Shown here: one piece after another, positions 27,790-37,799 of the stretch
Layout: each line of letters starts with the position of its first letter
Numbering within the stretch: position 1 is the first letter of the stretch
Assembly (NCBI GenBank): GCA_001595945.1
Contig: LSSI01000025.1
Span: forward strand, 14,550 to 78,549
Direction of reading: 5' to 3'
Source: Thermoplasmatales archaeon SM1-50
GTDB lineage: Archaea > Thermoplasmatota > E2 > DHVEG-1
DNA length: 64,000 bases
Notes under the pieces: generated by a model
Seen by the model: only the letters and a program-made list of their open reading frames with translations
Database searches by the model: none
Told to the model about the DNA's origin: nothing
Position numbers and translations under genes: made by a program

Positions 27790-28959
27790 TTAGCCTATCC
27801 CAAGGCTTAAAATCCATGGCAGTGCTATAATGGTGCCAAGAATGCTACCGAGGTTAGCCAAAGCCACGACCATCAGAAGACGAATAACCCTGTTTCTGAG
27901 AAAATCACGGACACTTTCAATCTTACTTAACTGCTGGAAGTCTTTTATCAGTGGTTTGCGCAGTTTAGCTTCGACAAGACCAGCGAACCACCCTGGTGCG
28001 AAAAACGGCTCAAGTGACGTGAACGGCGCAGCGATAAACGCGATGAAAATCGATAATGGATGCCCGCGTGCAATTGCGACACCAATCGCAGCAAGAATAC
28101 CATGAACAAGGAACCATATTAGGAAGATGTCCTTGATTTTGTTCCAGGGGTCAACACCAGTAGAATAGATAATCCAACCAATCACAGAGAAGAAAATCAC
28201 TGGAATAGCAATCTCCACAGCCTTGACTAACTTGAATCGTTTCTTTGGTATCTGCTCAAGTTCCTGAAGGTTAATGTGTTGTTGCTGTTTCTCCAGATGC
28301 TTCTTAATCCCACTGATATGCCCAGCGCCAACGACGGCTACGACCTTCCCCTTCGTGCTTTCCTTATAGATTTTCTGTGCGATGTACAAGTCCCGCTCTG
28401 CGATAAGCACCTTGGCTGCACTTGGCGCTAGGGCACTAAACTCCTCCATCATCTGAGACAAGACATCCTGATTCATCAATTCCTTTAAATCTAACCCCTC
28501 AAGATCCTCCTCTTCATACCCGATCATCGCTTTGAGAAACTCCCAGACCACCTTGAATTTCTCACGGATCCCCATCATCCGCCAGGCTCGCTTCAGCGTC
28601 ACCGTGATATCCCGATCGACCAAGGCGACCTTGACGTTGAATTTCTCCGCTTCTTGCATCGCTGCGATCATCTCAGAGCCCGGCTCAACACCATACTCCT
28701 GACCAAGTCTACGCTGGATTGAGGAAAGGAAGGTCTGCGCAAGCATAAAATAAGCGTTGTTGGATTTAATCAGCGCGGTGACAGGAGTGTTCTCCCATTT
28801 TTCCTTTTTTGAAATCGACTCAAAGCGACGCTGGCACAGTTCAACGGCGACGATATCTGGTTTATAAGTCTCTATAGCCTTACGGACTTCATTGACGCTC
28901 TCCTTAGAGATATGTGCGGTACCGATAAGGATGATGTTGTCAGTAAGTTTTTCTTCCAA
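27790..28959 (-). CDS. TraB/PrgY/GumN family protein with a C-terminal membrane domain
   Basis: N-terminal signature IILIGTAHISKESVNEVRKAIETYKPDIVAVELCQRRF, a later GAGHISGI, and three or four C-terminal TM helices. Confidence 0.75.
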   Translation of the reverse strand: MEEKLTDNIILIGTAHISKESVNEVRKAIETYKPDIVAVELCQRRFESISKKEKWENTPVTALIKSNNAYFMLAQTFLSSIQRRLGQEYGVEPGSEMIAAMQEAEKFNVKVALVDRDITVTLKRAWRMMGIREKFKVVWEFLKAMIGYEEEDLEGLDLKELMNQDVLSQMMEEFSALAPSAAKVLIAERDLYIAQKIYKESTKGKVVAVVGAGHISGIKKHLEKQQQHINLQELEQIPKKRFKLVKAVEIAIPVIFFSVIGWIIYSTGVDPWNKIKDIFLIWFLVHGILAAIGVAIARGHPLSIFIAFIAAPFTSLEPFFAPGWFAGLVEAKLRKPLIKDFQQLSKIESVRDFLRNRVIRLLMVVALANLGSILGTIIALPWILSLGIG

Positions 28960-29010
28960 AGGGCATCTCCTTTACATTGTTTTAGGTCAGCAACATCTTT
29001 AAAAAATTCT

Positions 29011-29637
29011 TTAAATCTCCGCTTCGAAATCTTCCACTGAAGCTAAGAATTCTTCATCGGACTTTATTTTCCCCCTCTCTCGTAGAATCGCCCTGGCAAG
29101 AAGCCAGTAGATCAACGCAAGCGCACGGCGACCTTTGTTATTTGTGGGAATCACATAATCAATGTATTTTGTTTCATTATTCGTATCACACAGCGCAAGT
29201 ACTGGAATTCCAATGTTTTTCGCCTCATGCAGCGCCTGGATGTCAGCTAACGGATCTGTTAGCAAAATGATCTCTGGTTCAAGAAATGTTTTCGCATTTG
29301 GGTTTGTCAGTGTGCCTGGTTGGAACCGTCCGTCTAGTACTGAAATACCAGTTAGCTCCCCTAGTTTTCTGACTGGTTTTTGTCCATACTGTCGCACTGA
29401 GACAGTTAGTATCTTGGCAGGGTCGTATTTCGAAAGAAATTTAGCGGACGCTTTGATTCGCTCATCTGTTTTTTTCACATCGATGATGTACAGCCCATCA
29501 TTTCGCACCTTGTAGATAAACTCCTTGATATCAGCAGTTTTCTGTCTGGTCCCAATGTGAACACCGGACGTCATGTAGGTTTCTTCGGATACCATCATCG
29601 TCGATTCTGTTTCTGTTGCTTGCTTTTCTTCAGCCAT
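29011..29637 (-). CDS. rps2: 30S ribosomal protein S2 (uS2)
   Basis: Conserved blocks [50 protein letters not shown], and [27 protein letters not shown]. Confidence 0.9.
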   Translation of the reverse strand: MAEEKQATETESTMMVSEETYMTSGVHIGTRQKTADIKEFIYKVRNDGLYIIDVKKTDERIKASAKFLSKYDPAKILTVSVRQYGQKPVRKLGELTGISVLDGRFQPGTLTNPNAKTFLEPEIILLTDPLADIQALHEAKNIGIPVLALCDTNNETKYIDYVIPTNNKGRRALALIYWLLARAILRERGKIKSDEEFLASVEDFEAEI

Positions 29638-29646
29638 AGCTATCCC

Positions 29647-29838
29647 TCAGCTCTTTGTTTTAATCTCCTTTTGCTTCACGGTAATCGGAATGGCACCTTC
29701 GTCATACTCAAGCATCGCAATTTCAACAGGGTCTATCATATTTTTTGGAATTTCCGCTAAAATCGAAGGGGCTCCCATGGAAAGCTGTAAGGCTCTTGCG
29801 CCAATGATGCGAGCTTTTTCAAAGCGAGTATACGTCAC
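29647..29838 (-). CDS. rpoK: DNA-directed RNA polymerase subunit K (Rpo6)
   Basis: Core TYTRFEKARIIGARALQLSMGAPSILAEIPKNMIDPVEIAMLEY is the RpoK/Rpb6 signature. The track ORF (to 29913) adds an improbable 25-aa hydrophobic leader. A GTG at 29836-29838 preceded by GGAGGA is the likelier start. Confidence 0.7.
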   Translation of the reverse strand: MTYTRFEKARIIGARALQLSMGAPSILAEIPKNMIDPVEIAMLEYDEGAIPITVKQKEIKTKS

Positions 29839-29960
29839 TGTCTTCCTCCGAAGTATCAGGTAGGTAGAAGCCCAAATAACAGAAACCTTTAAAAATATTG
29901 CCCTTGCAGACATTTCGTTTCGTAGGGAGGATTAGGCTTTATATGTTGTAGGATTGTTCT

Positions 29961-30179
29961 TTATTTGATTTCGTCGGCAAACTCAATGGGGTCGGTCGAT
30001 GTCATCCTAGTGGAAAACTCGTCATCCAATGCAAATTGCATATCAACGATGATATCACGGAGCAAACGATCTATTCTATTATTTTCGAATTCTTTTACTC
30101 CATCGATATCAGAATAAATCTTTCCCATATAATTTCCCTCATTCCTATGAATTTCTATATTGTAGAGAACTTCCTCCAT
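29961..30179 (-). CDS. Hypothetical small acidic protein
   Basis: 72 aa, between rpl30 and rpoK, in the same orientation as the operon. No recognised family. Confidence 0.35.
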   Translation of the reverse strand: MEEVLYNIEIHRNEGNYMGKIYSDIDGVKEFENNRIDRLLRDIIVDMQFALDDEFSTRMTSTDPIEFADEIK

Positions 30180-30258
30180 CTTTTAAACACCCTCTTTCTC
30201 GCTATTCACCCAATAAAAAGAATACCTATAATAACCTTTTGGAATTTTTTAATTTCCT

Positions 30259-30723
30259 TTATAACATTCGTTCAATGAGTGTGTTGATTTTCTCTTTTCT
30301 GTACCCCAAAGAGCCTTTATTGACAAACGCTCGTTTCACGGTCCTATACCCTTTCTTTGGGGGGGTGAGTCGGAAGTACGGTTTTATCTCTGGGATCTCT
30401 TTATATCTTACTGTGTTTTCCAGAAGAGCTTGTGAGAGCTTCTCAAAGCTATGATATGGTGTCGCCTTTTTTAGATACTCCTCGGTTAGGGGTTTTTCAC
30501 CAACAAGTTTTCCTCGCAAGGAAAGAAGTTTTAACAGAGTTTCTTTGTTGATCTCACCCCAGGTTGTATAATCCTTTACCATCTGAAGCATCCCTTTATA
30601 GACGTCGTTTTCCTCGAGAAGCACACAGTTGTTCACATGCGTCAACCGTAGCAGCTCCATCGTTTTCCTGATATCTGGTTTTACGTTCAACGTGCCTCTT
30701 ACTCTGATAACTGCATATACCAT
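30259..30723 (-). CDS. rpl30: 50S ribosomal protein L30 (uL30)
   Basis: MVYAVIRVRGTLNVKPDIRKTMELLRLTHVNNCVLLEE. The likely start at this Met gives an ATGA overlap with the S5 stop. The track ORF starts 45 nt upstream. Confidence 0.85.
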   Translation of the reverse strand: MVYAVIRVRGTLNVKPDIRKTMELLRLTHVNNCVLLEENDVYKGMLQMVKDYTTWGEINKETLLKLLSLRGKLVGEKPLTEEYLKKATPYHSFEKLSQALLENTVRYKEIPEIKPYFRLTPPKKGYRTVKRAFVNKGSLGYRKEKINTLIERML

Positions 30724-30727
30724 GGAT

Positions 30728-31483
30728 TTATCCCTCCGTTTTAACCGGAGTGGTTTGTTGTTCCTCATCTATCGGAATTCCGATGCTTCCCTGTACAATC
30801 CCAAGTTTGCTCATCTCGGTGTTGTTAATCCGTGTCTCCGCATTCTTTTTCAAAGCATCATAGACTCCTTTTGCGTAGTTCACAACCGTTTTGGTTTTCC
30901 CCTCGGTAAACGCCCAGCAGTCGCTTACTCCTGCAAGACTAAGAATCTTCTTTGCGACATCACCGGTTGCAAGACCAATGCCCCGAGGCGCTGGTTTGAA
31001 GGTGACCTCCACAGAGCCGCTTTTCCCTGTCACCAGAAAAGGGATCGTGTGAGGTGTTCGACACCCACATTCCCACGACCCACACCCACGTCGTATCTCA
31101 ATCATGTTCATCTTTGCATTCTCAATAGCTCTTTTAATGCTTAGACCAACTTCTTTTCCTTTGGCTTGCCCTAAGCCTACAAACCCATCTTTGTTTCCCA
31201 CCGCAACAGTAATGACGAATTTCACACGTCTTCCAGAGTCGGTCATCCGCTGCACCATTTTGACATCGATAACCTCATCTTCGACGTTAGGCAATAGGAG
31301 ATCGACAATCTCCGGCTCCCGTAACGGAAGCCCAGATTTTAAGGCATCACTCATGGTGGTGATCTCTCCGTTTTTCACCATTTTTCCCAGTCTTGTTTTT
31401 GGTGTCCAAATCACTGGGGCGGCCGCTTCATCGAACTGTCTGCGTCGTCCTCTTGGTGCGTTTCCCCGTTCTCGCTCTGCCAT
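30728..31483 (-). CDS. rps5: 30S ribosomal protein S5 (uS5)
   Basis: [43 protein letters not shown] and [36 protein letters not shown]. Confidence 0.9.
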   Translation of the reverse strand: MAERERGNAPRGRRRQFDEAAAPVIWTPKTRLGKMVKNGEITTMSDALKSGLPLREPEIVDLLLPNVEDEVIDVKMVQRMTDSGRRVKFVITVAVGNKDGFVGLGQAKGKEVGLSIKRAIENAKMNMIEIRRGCGSWECGCRTPHTIPFLVTGKSGSVEVTFKPAPRGIGLATGDVAKKILSLAGVSDCWAFTEGKTKTVVNYAKGVYDALKKNAETRINNTEMSKLGIVQGSIGIPIDEEQQTTPVKTEG

Positions 31484-31485
31484 GG

Positions 31486-31998
31486 TTATTCCTCCTTACC
31501 TCCTTTCATCTTGGATTTGATATCGCCAATAAGCGGTTTGATATCCTTATTGAGGTGTATCCCATAGATTCTTTCCTCTTTTGGCAGCATCTGCGCATCA
31601 TGGGGACATTCAACGCCAGCGTCGAGCACACCCTTTAATGAAGCAAACAAGATACCCCCAACAGTTGGATTATAAAGCCCGATGTCTAACACCCCCTCTT
31701 TGATTCCTTTTTCCTTTGCCCGTTTCCCCGCAAGGAACCCTGTAAGGTATGCAGCAGGCGTATTTGACATAGAATATTTCCACCCATATTCTTTCGCAAG
31801 TTCATTGGAAAGCGCTGATGCAAGTATCTTATCTCCCTGCGAGTTGTAATCTACGAACTGAACCCGAATCGCCCGAAGAGACTTTCTTACAACGATACGT
31901 GGTTTTTTACTACGCAGTAATTTCAACCGTGAATGATAATCGGTTTTTCGTTCTCGATGTCTGCGTGGCTTGACATGGTAACGAGGTCCGGTTTTCAT
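31486..31998 (-). CDS. rpl18: 50S ribosomal protein L18 (uL18)
   Basis: [40 protein letters not shown]...[13 protein letters not shown]. Confidence 0.9.
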   Translation of the reverse strand: MKTGPRYHVKPRRHRERKTDYHSRLKLLRSKKPRIVVRKSLRAIRVQFVDYNSQGDKILASALSNELAKEYGWKYSMSNTPAAYLTGFLAGKRAKEKGIKEGVLDIGLYNPTVGGILFASLKGVLDAGVECPHDAQMLPKEERIYGIHLNKDIKPLIGDIKSKMKGGKEE

Positions 31999-32456
31999 TT
32001 TGTCTCCTCCTTTATGATATTATCAGCAATCAAATGTGATTTCAGATGCTGTTTGCTTCGGAAGACTCCACCTTTTGCCTTACGATAATACATCCGATAG
32101 GTATGTGCATCGATCTTTGTTTCATCCCGCAGTTGCTTCAAATATGTTCTTATTGGACGAATGGTCCGGATCCACCGTTCCTTTTTCGGCAGACGTGCAT
32201 GTTTAGGTCCTTTTCGTGACCCTTGCCCGGTTCGTCGGCCTTTCCTGCGCTGATTAAGCAGATATGTATGCCGCCCACGGGAATTTCCCTGCTTATACAG
32301 ACTTTTTATGGCACCACCTTTCACCAGGATCAACACGTCATTTCGTGTCACTGCCTTTGCGATCTCCTCAAGTCTATCAGGGTCCATCCACACTTTCGTG
32401 CCGCCACATTTCATGATGGATGCAGCCATTCTCCGTTGATTGCGTAGATCTGTCAT
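31995..32456 (-). CDS. rpl19e: 50S ribosomal protein L19e (eL19)
   Basis: MTDLRNQRRMAASIMKCGGTKVWMDPDRLEEIA...RKGRRTGQGSRKGPKHARLPKKERWIRTIRPIRTYL. Confidence 0.9.
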   Translation of the reverse strand: MTDLRNQRRMAASIMKCGGTKVWMDPDRLEEIAKAVTRNDVLILVKGGAIKSLYKQGNSRGRHTYLLNQRRKGRRTGQGSRKGPKHARLPKKERWIRTIRPIRTYLKQLRDETKIDAHTYRMYYRKAKGGVFRSKQHLKSHLIADNIIKEETK

Positions 32457-32458
32457 AG

Positions 32459-33160
32459 TTACTCCCTCATGTTTAAAACCCGTATGTCCAACTCATCAGC
32501 TCGTTTCAAAATCTCAAGGCGTTTTTTTGTCCCTACAGTACCGCTAATACGTACTGCTTGCTTCTTTGGATCAACCCTCTCAAGTTCCTTGACGTTGTGT
32601 ACCATCACTTCTTCAAAACCAGATGAATGTAGACCACGAACAAGCCGTGGTGAGCGAAAACCAACACGTACTTTGCTTGGGCGATATTTCAGGTTGATGC
32701 GTAGCTTTGAGGTAATTCCTGAGGGGCGTCTCCAGTTCTTCGGGATGCGCTTGTACCGGAACCCTTCATCTCTAAGAAAATACGGTGTCCTTTTCTTTAT
32801 CTGCCGTCGGATCACCAGTTGATTTTTCTCTTTGTCACTGAGTTTGGGTTTGATCTTTGGACTATACGCCTCTTTTTTTTGCTCAACGATTTCAACAGCT
32901 TCCTCTTTTTTTTCTTTATGTTTCTCTTTGTCTTTTTTCTCCACTGATTTTTTCTTAGTTTTTTCTGTTCTATCTTTCACCTGAGCAAGAATATCCTTAG
33001 CGTTCTTCTCCGTGATTCCTTTAATAATTGTCAAATCCTTAACTTTTGCCTTTTTCAGTTTATCCAGAGAATCAAATCCGTTATCATAGAGGAGTTTGGC
33101 TTTTACTTTGCCAACACCTTTTAATGCCTCAAACTCCTTAAGAACCTCTTCTTTTGTCAT
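32459..33160 (-). CDS. rpl32e: 50S ribosomal protein L32e (eL32) with an N-terminal HhH and Lys/Glu-rich extension
   Basis: The C-terminal ~110 aa are canonical L32e (YKRIPKNWRRPSGITSKLRINLKYRPSKVRVGFRSPRLVRG). The N-terminal ~120 aa contain LKGVGKVKAKLLYDNGFDSLDKLKKA...DLTIIKGITEKNAKDIL (two HhH-like hairpins) and a KKDKEKHKEKKEE linker. Confidence 0.85.
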   Translation of the reverse strand: MTKEEVLKEFEALKGVGKVKAKLLYDNGFDSLDKLKKAKVKDLTIIKGITEKNAKDILAQVKDRTEKTKKKSVEKKDKEKHKEKKEEAVEIVEQKKEAYSPKIKPKLSDKEKNQLVIRRQIKKRTPYFLRDEGFRYKRIPKNWRRPSGITSKLRINLKYRPSKVRVGFRSPRLVRGLHSSGFEEVMVHNVKELERVDPKKQAVRISGTVGTKKRLEILKRADELDIRVLNMRE

Positions 33161-33163
33161 AAG

Positions 33164-33703
33164 TTACCCTCTTTTTACAATGTAAATGCCGTCTTGAAAG
33201 ACTCGAACATCTCTATTTTTCACTCTAGTCGCACGTTCAATATTAGCGGCGGTTTGTCCGACTTTGTCTTTATCAATGGCGGTCAGAATAATATGCTCTC
33301 CCTTAACCTCGACTTTGACGTCTTTGAGGATCTCAGCCCGCCGGGGAAACCGTTCTCCAAGAAAGTTCTGAATGACAAGATAGTTACCTTCCACACTGTT
33401 TTTTATAGGAAAGTGGGAAAACACAGTTTTCATCTTACATTCGTATCCCTGGGTGACTCCCTTGATCATGTTTCTAATTTGTGCTTTAAAGGTCCCCATC
33501 AATGCTTTTTCTTTTCGCCGGGGAGACTCCTTAGAGGAAATCTGAACAACCTTGCCTTCCACTTTTAGAAGTAATTTTGGATGAGAAAGAATCTTTGATA
33601 TGGCTCCTTTAGGACCTTTCACGTGAACGTTTTTTCCCTTGATAGTGATTTGGGCCCCCTCAGGGATTTTGAGTTCTTCTTTTATAGTCACTTTCTTTTC
33701 CAT
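33164..33703 (-). CDS. rpl6: 50S ribosomal protein L6 (uL6)
   Basis: Two-domain L6 with GKNVHVKGPKGAISK and YLVIQNFLGERFPRRAEI. Confidence 0.9.
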   Translation of the reverse strand: MEKKVTIKEELKIPEGAQITIKGKNVHVKGPKGAISKILSHPKLLLKVEGKVVQISSKESPRRKEKALMGTFKAQIRNMIKGVTQGYECKMKTVFSHFPIKNSVEGNYLVIQNFLGERFPRRAEILKDVKVEVKGEHIILTAIDKDKVGQTAANIERATRVKNRDVRVFQDGIYIVKRG

Positions 33704-33715
33704 GGGTGTACCTCT

Positions 33716-34117
33716 TTAATACACATACGCAAGGAGTTTTCCTCCGATGCCTTTCTTTCGTGCTTCATCATGAGCGATGATACCATCAGTGGTGGTAAGG
33801 ATGAGTAATCCGAAATCACGCGCAGGAAGATACCGAGCTTCCCATTTATCCATTTCCTTTAATTTGATAGGGTAGCGTGGCTTAATGACACCGCAGTTAT
33901 TGATGCTTCCCAGCAGCTCAACCTGATAAATCCCTGCTTTTCCATCCTCAACAAACTCAAAGTTACCGAGGTATCCTTTCTCTTTTAAGAGCGTAAGAAC
34001 CCCTCCAATGAGTTTTGATGAGGGTCGAATAATGCATTTATGGATCCCTCTTATCTCTGCGTTTTTAATGATTGATAATGCGTCTGCCAATGGATCGTTT
34101 AACATACTTTTCAACAC
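33716..34117 (-). CDS. rps8: 30S ribosomal protein S8 (uS8)
   Basis: LNDPLADALSIIKNAEIRG...GIIAHDEARKKGIGGKLLAYVY. GTG start. Confidence 0.9.
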   Translation of the reverse strand: MLKSMLNDPLADALSIIKNAEIRGIHKCIIRPSSKLIGGVLTLLKEKGYLGNFEFVEDGKAGIYQVELLGSINNCGVIKPRYPIKLKEMDKWEARYLPARDFGLLILTTTDGIIAHDEARKKGIGGKLLAYVY

Positions 34118-34120
34118 CCT

Positions 34121-34276
34121 CTAATCGTATTTTTTAAACCCCATTTCCTCTGCCTTGTCCCGGAAGCATTGTCTGCAGAGGTGCAGTCCATAGCGTCGTA
34201 TAACCCCACGTTTTCTGCCACATTGTTCACACCCTGTTTTCCTACCGTATATTTTCTTACGCTCTTTAATTCTCAT
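34121..34276 (-). CDS. rps14: 30S ribosomal protein S14 type Z (uS14, zinc-binding)
   Basis: Not in the ORF track (51 aa). Manual translation: [51 protein letters not shown], the CxxC...CxxC S14-Z fold with the RQCFRE-type motif. It sits in the canonical slot between L5 and S8, with an ATGA overlap with the L5 stop. Confidence 0.85.
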   Translation of the reverse strand: MRIKERKKIYGRKTGCEQCGRKRGVIRRYGLHLCRQCFRDKAEEMGFKKYD

Positions 34277-34857
34277 TCTACGACCTCTACGTTGAATTTT
34301 TCAGTAATAAATTTCATGGTTTCTTCTTTGGTTACCCCATGACGTTGTGGGAGTTTTCGTCGATCAATTCGCCGATGTTTGATCCGGTACCCAGGCTTTT
34401 CCACGGTAACACAGATATCCATCCCAAAGATACCGATGTTTGGATCGTATTTCTGCCCCTCAAAAAGGGTATGATCTGGAACCCCAAACGAAAAATTTCC
34501 TTGATCGTCAAAGGTATATTCTGCTATTCTATTGTCCAGGATTTTTAACGCGTTTATGAGAAACGTCTCAGCCGCTTTCTTCCGTAACGTTACTTTACAA
34601 CCAATCGGCATGAATTTCCGCAAACCCCAATCTTTATTGGTGGTTTTTGATAGTGTTTGCACTGCTTTCTGTTTTGTGACGCCTTCTAAAACTGTTTCGG
34701 CTTTCTTGAGTTTTTCACCTGCTTCACCGACACCAATGTTCACCGTTACTTTTGCAATATACGGGTTGAGAGATTGTTTTCCTTCTTTTTTTGCAGAAGA
34801 TTTCTTTGCACGACCAGATGGTTTATGGATTTTTCCTGTCCCTTTTTTTTCGCTCAT
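34273..34857 (-). CDS. rpl5: 50S ribosomal protein L5 (uL5)
   Basis: [20 protein letters not shown]...[26 protein letters not shown], plus a ~25-aa basic N-terminal extension. Confidence 0.9.
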   Translation of the reverse strand: MSEKKGTGKIHKPSGRAKKSSAKKEGKQSLNPYIAKVTVNIGVGEAGEKLKKAETVLEGVTKQKAVQTLSKTTNKDWGLRKFMPIGCKVTLRKKAAETFLINALKILDNRIAEYTFDDQGNFSFGVPDHTLFEGQKYDPNIGIFGMDICVTVEKPGYRIKHRRIDRRKLPQRHGVTKEETMKFITEKFNVEVVE

Positions 34858-35570
34858 TACATCGTCACCTCAGGGATTGTGATAGCCGGTTTGTTTCTGC
34901 CTATAGGGAACACATACTCTGCAATAGTGGAAAATTCTTTTTCCCCCTTCAAATTCACCAGGTTTGGTTTTGATGAAGCGACAATTTGAATCTCTTCGAT
35001 ACTTGCGATTTCACCAACATGCATTCCACCAATAATCATTGATATTGTTCCTGTTTCAAATTTATAGACGTCATCGATTTTGTTCTTCTTAAATGAAATC
35101 TTAAGGACGTCCCCTGTTTTGTACTCATCCTTTTCCACAAGCTTATTTTTGCCGTCATGCAAATTTAGCTGTATTTTTTTCCCTTTTAGAATCGTTTTAT
35201 TCTGTATACGGCACAATTTCCATTCGGCATCACTTTCAGAGATAGGTATAAGAGTGAGCTTTCCGTTCCTGTCATAGAGGATGCGAACATCCTTGCGCAT
35301 TTTAGGAATCGAGATGATATCCATCAGGCCACAGGGGAACTTGAAGTTCTTCTGTTTTACCCCATCAACAAGAATTTCTCCATTGGAGACGATTTTTCTC
35401 GCTTCTTTATACGTATCACATAAACTTAGGTATTCTCGCACGATTAGACCAAGAGGTATGGCTTGTTCGAATGGATGTGGCCCTGGTGCGACACGGATTG
35501 TTAACACCCGCTCCTTTCTAGGGACCCGTATTACTCGTGGTGCTGCGAGTCGCTTAAGGTGCTTGCTCAT
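34857..35570 (-). CDS. rps4e: 30S ribosomal protein S4e (eS4)
   Basis: MSKHLKRLAAPRVIRVPRKERVLTIRVAPGPH...KFPCGLMDIISIPK. Confidence 0.9.
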   Translation of the reverse strand: MSKHLKRLAAPRVIRVPRKERVLTIRVAPGPHPFEQAIPLGLIVREYLSLCDTYKEARKIVSNGEILVDGVKQKNFKFPCGLMDIISIPKMRKDVRILYDRNGKLTLIPISESDAEWKLCRIQNKTILKGKKIQLNLHDGKNKLVEKDEYKTGDVLKISFKKNKIDDVYKFETGTISMIIGGMHVGEIASIEEIQIVASSKPNLVNLKGEKEFSTIAEYVFPIGRNKPAITIPEVTM

Positions 35571-36235
35571 GGTTCACCTTCTTTTTTCTCCTTTTTAGCT
35601 ATGTTTTTAGAGGGAGTTTTTTTTGCTGTCGATTTTTTTTTCGGTTGCTCCTCAATCTTTTTTTCTGTGGTTTCTTTAACTATTTCTTCTTCTGGCTCAA
35701 TGGTTTCTTTTTCTAACGTTTTTTCCGTCTCTTTTTCCTTAGTAGGCTCTTTTGCCTCTTCTTTTAGTTTTTCTTCTGCTTTGGCTGCTTCTTCTGCTGC
35801 TTTTTTCTCTTCTTCCATGACCTTGAGTTGTTCTACCGCTTCCTTTTCTATTTCTTTCTTTGCAGTCTCCGAAAGTCCGCTTTGTAGTTTCTGCCGTCGC
35901 CATTTATCAGTAACATTCAATTTCGTGATAAGTAATGTACTTGCATGAATCGGTTTGGCTATCTTTGTCCCCTTTGCAGTTGTGATAGTGACTCCTTCGA
36001 CTTCCACGGTTTGGTCTCGGACATTGACCTTGACGATTTTATCTTCATGTCCTCGAAAGCTTCCTCGCATGATTTTGACGGTGTCTCCCTTCACAACTGG
36101 CACACTTCTTCGATCATACTTTAATAAAAGGTTCTCTGCAAGATGCGAAGAAATCCATTTTCTTTTTTTATGGAGAGGCGCGTTATAGAGTATATATCGT
36201 TGTTTCCTTGGTTTTTTTGATGTCATATTAATCAC
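35567..36235 (-). CDS. rpl24: 50S ribosomal protein L24 (uL24) with a ~90-aa Lys/Glu-rich C-terminal tail
   Basis: KOW core SVPVVKGDTVKIMRGSFRGHEDKIVKVNVRDQTVEVEGV, then a low-complexity KEKETEKTLEKE.../KKKSTAKKTPSKNIAKKEKKEGEP tail. Confidence 0.85.
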   Translation of the reverse strand: MINMTSKKPRKQRYILYNAPLHKKRKWISSHLAENLLLKYDRRSVPVVKGDTVKIMRGSFRGHEDKIVKVNVRDQTVEVEGVTITTAKGTKIAKPIHASTLLITKLNVTDKWRRQKLQSGLSETAKKEIEKEAVEQLKVMEEEKKAAEEAAKAEEKLKEEAKEPTKEKETEKTLEKETIEPEEEIVKETTEKKIEEQPKKKSTAKKTPSKNIAKKEKKEGEP

Positions 36236-36236
36236 T

Positions 36237-36635
36237 TTATAGGATAGTTGCTGCTAAGGCAGCTATCTTTGGCCATCGTTCTGCAGCTTCTATTGCAACA
36301 GGACCTTTTATCATCGTTCCTTTTGTTTCTCCGGTATCGGTAATCAATACTGCAGCGTTATCCTCAAATTGGACCATAATGCCATCCGGGCGTCGGAATG
36401 GTCGTCTCTGACGGACAATGACTGCTTTTAAAATCTGTCGCTTCATTTCCGTCGCACCTTTTTTAACACTGACAATGACCATATCACCAACACCAGCGGT
36501 TGGGGTTCGACGATGGATACCTTTAATCTTTACAGTCATAATGATTTGTAATACTTTTGCACCAGTATTATCGATGCATGTTAAACGAGCGCCAACCGGC
36601 AACCCTCGCATCATTCTACCTGCTATTCCTTTCAT
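36237..36635 (-). CDS. rpl14: 50S ribosomal protein L14 (uL14)
   Basis: GLPVGARLTCIDNTGAKVLQII...GDMVIVSVKKG...AVLITDTGETKGT. Confidence 0.9.
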   Translation of the reverse strand: MKGIAGRMMRGLPVGARLTCIDNTGAKVLQIIMTVKIKGIHRRTPTAGVGDMVIVSVKKGATEMKRQILKAVIVRQRRPFRRPDGIMVQFEDNAAVLITDTGETKGTMIKGPVAIEAAERWPKIAALAATIL

Positions 36636-36650
36636 TTCGGCTCACCAATT

Positions 36651-36995
36651 TTACACTTTTTCGATTGTGACGAACGACACAGTTTTACTAAGAGGTCGAC
36701 ATTCAGCAATGCGAACAGTATCACCTGTTTTAATCGCCATGCAGGGTGGACAGTGGACATGATATGTTGAAGTTCGTTTTTCGTACCGTTCGTACTTCTT
36801 TACATAGTGCATGAATTCTCGTTGTACAGCGATGGTACCTTGTCTTTTGGTTGAAACCACGGTTCCCATGAGCACCAATCCTCGCACCGAGAGCGTCCCA
36901 TGAAACGGGCAATCCTTATCCGTGCAGCTGTTGCTGGGTGGTTTGACATTCAATCCTATGTTACATACTTGCTTTTCTTCTGCCAACGTCTTCAC
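36651..36995 (-). CDS. rps17: 30S ribosomal protein S17 (uS17)
   Basis: [32 protein letters not shown]...[20 protein letters not shown]. Confidence 0.9.
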   Translation of the reverse strand: MKTLAEEKQVCNIGLNVKPPSNSCTDKDCPFHGTLSVRGLVLMGTVVSTKRQGTIAVQREFMHYVKKYERYEKRTSTYHVHCPPCMAIKTGDTVRIAECRPLSKTVSFVTIEKV

Positions 36996-37264
36996 CTTGT
37001 TTTTTTAATTCTTTCTTCAGATCGATACATTAATCGTGATCCTTTCACGATGGTTTTTTTACCATGATAGTCGAATGCAAATGTTGCAGTGTTCTTTGCA
37101 ATTCGTTTTTGTTTGTTTTGTATTTCGATGAGAAAGGTATTTTTTGTCTCATCGATTATGAGCCCTTTTTGATTCACCCAAGAGGGGTCGGTACACTCGA
37201 TGATGGTGAATGTTCTTCCTATGAGTTCATCGCTTGTGACCTGTTCACGCTCCATATATGTCAC
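36992..37264 (-). CDS. rnp1: Ribonuclease P protein component 1 (Rpp29/Pop4)
   Basis: 90 aa Sm-like barrel: [35 protein letters not shown]. It sits in the conserved archaeal slot between SUI1/L29 and S17. Confidence 0.8.
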   Translation of the reverse strand: MTYMEREQVTSDELIGRTFTIIECTDPSWVNQKGLIIDETKNTFLIEIQNKQKRIAKNTATFAFDYHGKKTIVKGSRLMYRSEERIKKTR

Positions 37265-37299
37265 TTCCTTGACGAATCAGATGCGTCAGATGGATGGTC

Positions 37300-37599
37300 T
37301 TAGATCACATCAACAGTGAATCCGAGTTTTTCTAATGCTTCCTTTACCCGTGTACGATGGTCTCCCTGCAGTTCAATTCTACCCTCTTTGATGGTTCCGC
37401 CGCACGCGCAGATTGATTTGAGGTTGCTGACCAATGCGTTCATGTCAAGGTCATGGGGATTTAGACCGTCAACGACCGTCATAGTCTTACCATACCGTCT
37501 CTTGTCGACCGCGATGGTAATGCTTTGTTGTTCTCGTGCGATTTCTTCACAGACACAGATCTCTTTAGGGAGGCCACATTTTGGGCATATGTCACTCAT
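37300..37599 (-). CDS. Translation initiation factor aSUI1 (eIF1 homolog)
   Basis: N-terminal Zn knuckle CPKCGLPKEICVC, then the SUI1 fold RRYGKTMTVVDGLNPHDLDMNALVSNLKSICACGGTIKEGRIELQGDHRTRVKEALEKLGF. Confidence 0.9.
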   Translation of the reverse strand: MSDICPKCGLPKEICVCEEIAREQQSITIAVDKRRYGKTMTVVDGLNPHDLDMNALVSNLKSICACGGTIKEGRIELQGDHRTRVKEALEKLGFTVDVI

Positions 37600-37799
37600 T
37601 TGTGTTCTCCTTGCTCCTGCATGATCGTAAGAATCCTTGCGATGGACTGTCGTATCTGTCTGATTTTTCCAGGGGATGGGGATGATCCCCCCATAGCAGA
37701 GACTCCTCGTTCATGCATGAGTTCTTCTTTTAATTCTTTTAGTTTTTCACTCCGTTCTTCAGGAGTCATTTGTCTAATTTCTTTAACTTTTAAAGCCAT
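37596..37799 (-). CDS. rpl29: 50S ribosomal protein L29 (uL29)
   Basis: MALKVKEIRQMTPEERSEKLKELKEELMHER. A start at the second Met is likely; the track ORF begins 18 nt upstream. Confidence 0.85.
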   Translation of the reverse strand: MALKVKEIRQMTPEERSEKLKELKEELMHERGVSAMGGSSPSPGKIRQIRQSIARILTIMQEQGEHK

